This document shows, piece after piece, positions 57,024-64,000 of a DNA stretch of 64,000 nt. Positions within the stretch are counted from its first letter, which is position 1. Each line of letters begins with the position of its first letter. The stretch lies in the NCBI RefSeq assembly GCF_003334355.1, contig NZ_QOWP01000005.1; one strand, given 5' to 3'. The notes beneath the pieces are model-generated. The model had not been told where the DNA came from and searched no databases. It worked only from the letters and a program-made list of their open reading frames with translations. The position numbers and the translations under genes were made by a program. Source of the stretch: Escherichia coli (GTDB lineage: Bacteria > Pseudomonadota > Gammaproteobacteria > Enterobacterales > Enterobacteriaceae).

Positions 57024-57039
57024 TCGCAAACGTTTGCTT
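57024..57039. promoter_or_regulatory. PurR box (TCGCAAACGTTTGCTT) upstream of purMN
   Basis: 16-bp match to PurR operator consensus ~65 nt upstream of purM start. Confidence 0.75.
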
Positions 57040-57084
57040 TCCCTGTTAGAATTGCGCCGAATTTTATTTTTCTACCGCAAGTAA

Positions 57085-58139
<1,055 letters not shown>

Positions 58140-58140
<1 letters not shown>

Positions 58141-58778
58141 TGAATATTGTGGTGCTTATTTCCGGCAACGGAAGTAATTTACAGGCAATTATTGACGCCT
58201 GTAAAACTAACAAAATTAAAGGCACCGTACGGGCAGTTTTCAGCAATAAGGCCGACGCGTTCGGCCTTGAACGCGCCCGCCAGGCGGGTATTGCAACGCA
58301 TACGCTCATCGCCAGCGCGTTTGACAGTCGTGAAGCCTATGACCGGGAGTTGATTCATGAAATCGACATGTACGCACCCGATGTGGTCGTGCTGGCTGGT
58401 TTTATGCGCATTCTCAGCCCGGCGTTTGTCTCCCACTATGCCGGGCGTTTGCTGAACATTCACCCTTCTCTGCTGCCGAAATATCCCGGATTACACACCC
58501 ATCGTCAGGCGCTGGAAAATGGTGATGAAGAGCACGGTACATCGGTGCATTTCGTCACCGATGAACTGGACGGTGGCCCGGTTATTTTACAGGCGAAAGT
58601 CCCGGTATTTGCTGGTGATACGGAAGATGACATCACCGCCCGCGTGCAAACCCAGGAATACGCTATTTATCCACTGGTGATTAGCTGGTTTGCCGATGGT
58701 CGTCTGAAAATGCACGAAAACGCCGCGTGGCTGGATGGTCAACGTCTGCCGCCGCAGGGCTACGCTGCCGACGAGTAA
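58140..58778 (+). CDS. purN: GAR transformylase PurN
   Basis: 212-aa ORF; start overlaps purM stop. Confidence 0.95.
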
Positions 58779-58793
58779 TGCCCCGTAGTTAAA

Positions 58794-58819
58794 GCGCCAG
58801 CTCTGCCGCTGGCGTTTTT
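58794..58819 (+). terminator. rho-independent terminator after purN
   Basis: GCGCCAGCTCTGCCGCTGGCG hairpin followed by TTTTT. Confidence 0.8.
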
Positions 58820-58948
58820 CAATTCACCTGTAAATCGCAAGCTCCAGCAGTTTTTTTCCCCCTTTTCTGGCATAGTTGGACATCTGCCAATATTGCTCGC
58901 CATAATATCCAGGCAGTGTCCCGTGAATAAAACGGAGTAAAAGTGGTA

Positions 58949-62561
<3,613 letters not shown>

Positions 62562-62567
62562 TGCTTT

Positions 62568-62594
62568 GCGGGCCGACGAGAAATGTCGGCCCGC
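62568..62594. terminator. bidirectional terminator hairpin between convergent ppx and pdeF
   Basis: GCGGGCCGAC-GAGAAAT-GTCGGCCCGC perfect 10-bp stem read directly. Confidence 0.8.
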
Positions 62595-62599
62595 ATTAT

Positions 62600-64000
62600 T
62601 CAGGCACTTTCGCGAATGGGTTCGATTTCATTCAACGTATCAATTAACGGCTGCGGCTTACCAATAAGATAACCCTGCATATAATCGATCCCCAAAGAGA
62701 GCACCGCCTCGCGGATCTCTTCGTTTTCAACGTACTCTGCCACTACCCGCATTTTCTTCATTCGCGCCAGGTGGCAAATCGATGCCACTATCTGATAATC
62801 CAGACTATTTGACACAATATTGCGGATAAAACTGCCGTCAATTTTAAGCAGATCGGCATTCACATTTTTAAGCCGCGCATAGCTGGCGTAGCCGGTGCCG
62901 AAATCATCAATCGCAATCTGGCAGCCTAATTCCTGAAGATGCTGCAAGGTGATTTGCGCCTGCTTAACATTGGTCAGAGCATTACTTTCGGTGACTTCAA
63001 AAATAAGTTGCCACGCTTCAATCTGATATTTAGCCAGCAACTGACTGACTTCAACAGGAAAACGAGCCTGACATACCGAGGTTGGAGACAGATTAATAGC
63101 AAAACGGTGAGCGGGCATCTTCGCTCTGTTTTCAGCCATAAATTGCAGCGTATGCTCAATGACCCACATGTCGATACTCGACGATAAACCAAATTCGTGC
63201 GCGACCGGCAAGAAGCTATCGGGGCTGATCAGTTCATCATTCTCACCTTTCATGCGCAGAAGAATTTCATGGTAAACATCACCACGCATACCGGTAATCG
63301 GCTGGGCCATCAGGAAAAAATGGTTGTGTTCCAGCGCCTGCTGTAGTCGATTCATCATCGCGACTTTATCTTTCAATTCGCGTTGCAAATACATTGCCCC
63401 GCGACGCTGCATATTTTCCGGGGCGTTGGTCACGATGGAAAGTTCGGCGACCGTATTTAGCTCTCCCAGCAGCAGGTAGATATGATTCACTGGCGAGCGC
63501 ACATAGCAGTAACTGACGCCAATCTGCGGTTGCATCGGCATGCCATCCCAAAAGAAACGAAATTGCTTGAGATGGCTATCCAGTGCGGTAATGCGCTCCT
63601 GGTGCGATTCTGTATTCAGTCGCAGCGCGAGATCGTTACCCGAAAGCTGATAAACATCTTCACCCGGTTCCAGCAAGGGTGACAGCCAGTGAGAAAGTTT
63701 TTGCTTGTATTGAATCCGCAGCATGATGCCATAGTTCTTAACCAGCATTTCCATGCCAGGGATGCGTAAATAACAAAGCGCAGACCAGGGGGCATCACGC
63801 AACGCGCGATTCAGGGCGCGAACATTTGGCAGATGAACCACCGGGTCCACATACGCAAGCCGCTGAATGCGTCTGACTACCGCTCTCTGACGGGTTGCCA
63901 GTACAGCCATATAATTGACAATAAAAGAGAATACCAGATAACTGGAGGAGGTTATGGCCAGCTGCGTGGTATAGCCAGGATAAATGGGAATGTAATTTTG
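62600..64000 (-). CDS. pdeF: c-di-GMP phosphodiesterase PdeF (YfgF), C-terminal part; the N-terminal membrane domain lies beyond the window end
   Basis: Minus-strand frame stays open from 63910 to the window edge (hand translation ...QNYIPIYPGYTTQLAITSSSYLVFSFIVNYMAVLATRQ); EAL-domain motifs EVTES and DDFGTGYAS. Confidence 0.88.
   Translation of the reverse strand, partial: QNYIPIYPGYTTQLAITSSSYLVFSFIVNYMAVLATRQRAVVRRIQRLAYVDPVVHLPNVRALNRALRDAPWSALCYLRIPGMEMLVKNYGIMLRIQYKQKLSHWLSPLLEPGEDVYQLSGNDLALRLNTESHQERITALDSHLKQFRFFWDGMPMQPQIGVSYCYVRSPVNHIYLLLGELNTVAELSIVTNAPENMQRRGAMYLQRELKDKVAMMNRLQQALEHNHFFLMAQPITGMRGDVYHEILLRMKGENDELISPDSFLPVAHEFGLSSSIDMWVIEHTLQFMAENRAKMPAHRFAINLSPTSVCQARFPVEVSQLLAKYQIEAWQLIFEVTESNALTNVKQAQITLQHLQELGCQIAIDDFGTGYASYARLKNVNADLLKIDGSFIRNIVSNSLDYQIVASICHLARMKKMRVVAEYVENEEIREAVLSLGIDYMQGYLIGKPQPLIDTLNEIEPIRESA

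Overview
This window reads as conserved Escherichia coli core chromosome (the eut to ppk-ppx region of the K-12 map), and I could not find an undescribed multi-gene system in it. Every long ORF is accounted for by a recognisable gene. Gene calls rest on recognising the translated ORFs from memory; no database search was run. CDS ends follow the supplied ORF track, with starts trimmed to the recognised N-termini. Motif coordinates were hand-indexed and may be off by 1-2 nt. Gene content, left to right: the ethanolamine-utilisation microcompartment operon (eutB partial, then eutA-H-G-J-E-N-M-D-T-Q-P-S, all minus strand), maeB, talA-tktB, ypfG, nudK, aegA, narQ, acrD, ypfM, yffB-dapE-ypfN, ypfH, tmcA, ypfJ, purC, bamC, dapA, gcvR-bcp, the hydrogenase-4 operon hyfABCDEFGHIJR-focB, perM, bepA, yfgD, hda, uraA-upp, purM-purN, ppk-ppx and the 3' part of pdeF (yfgF). 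I found no tRNA, rRNA, CRISPR array, IS element or integrase. The most unusual observations are: (1) eutB and eutA are directly adjacent, so the CPZ-55 prophage that separates them in K-12 MG1655 is absent; (2) hyfC and hyfD each carry a single-base deletion in a homopolymer run, which is either real pseudogenisation of hydrogenase-4 or a sequencing artefact; (3) several REP/BIME clusters, including a tandemly duplicated one inside the eut operon. Recognisable regulatory sites include a sigma-54 promoter before hyfA, a BaeR box before acrD, PurR boxes before purC and purM, and the upp T-tract leader.
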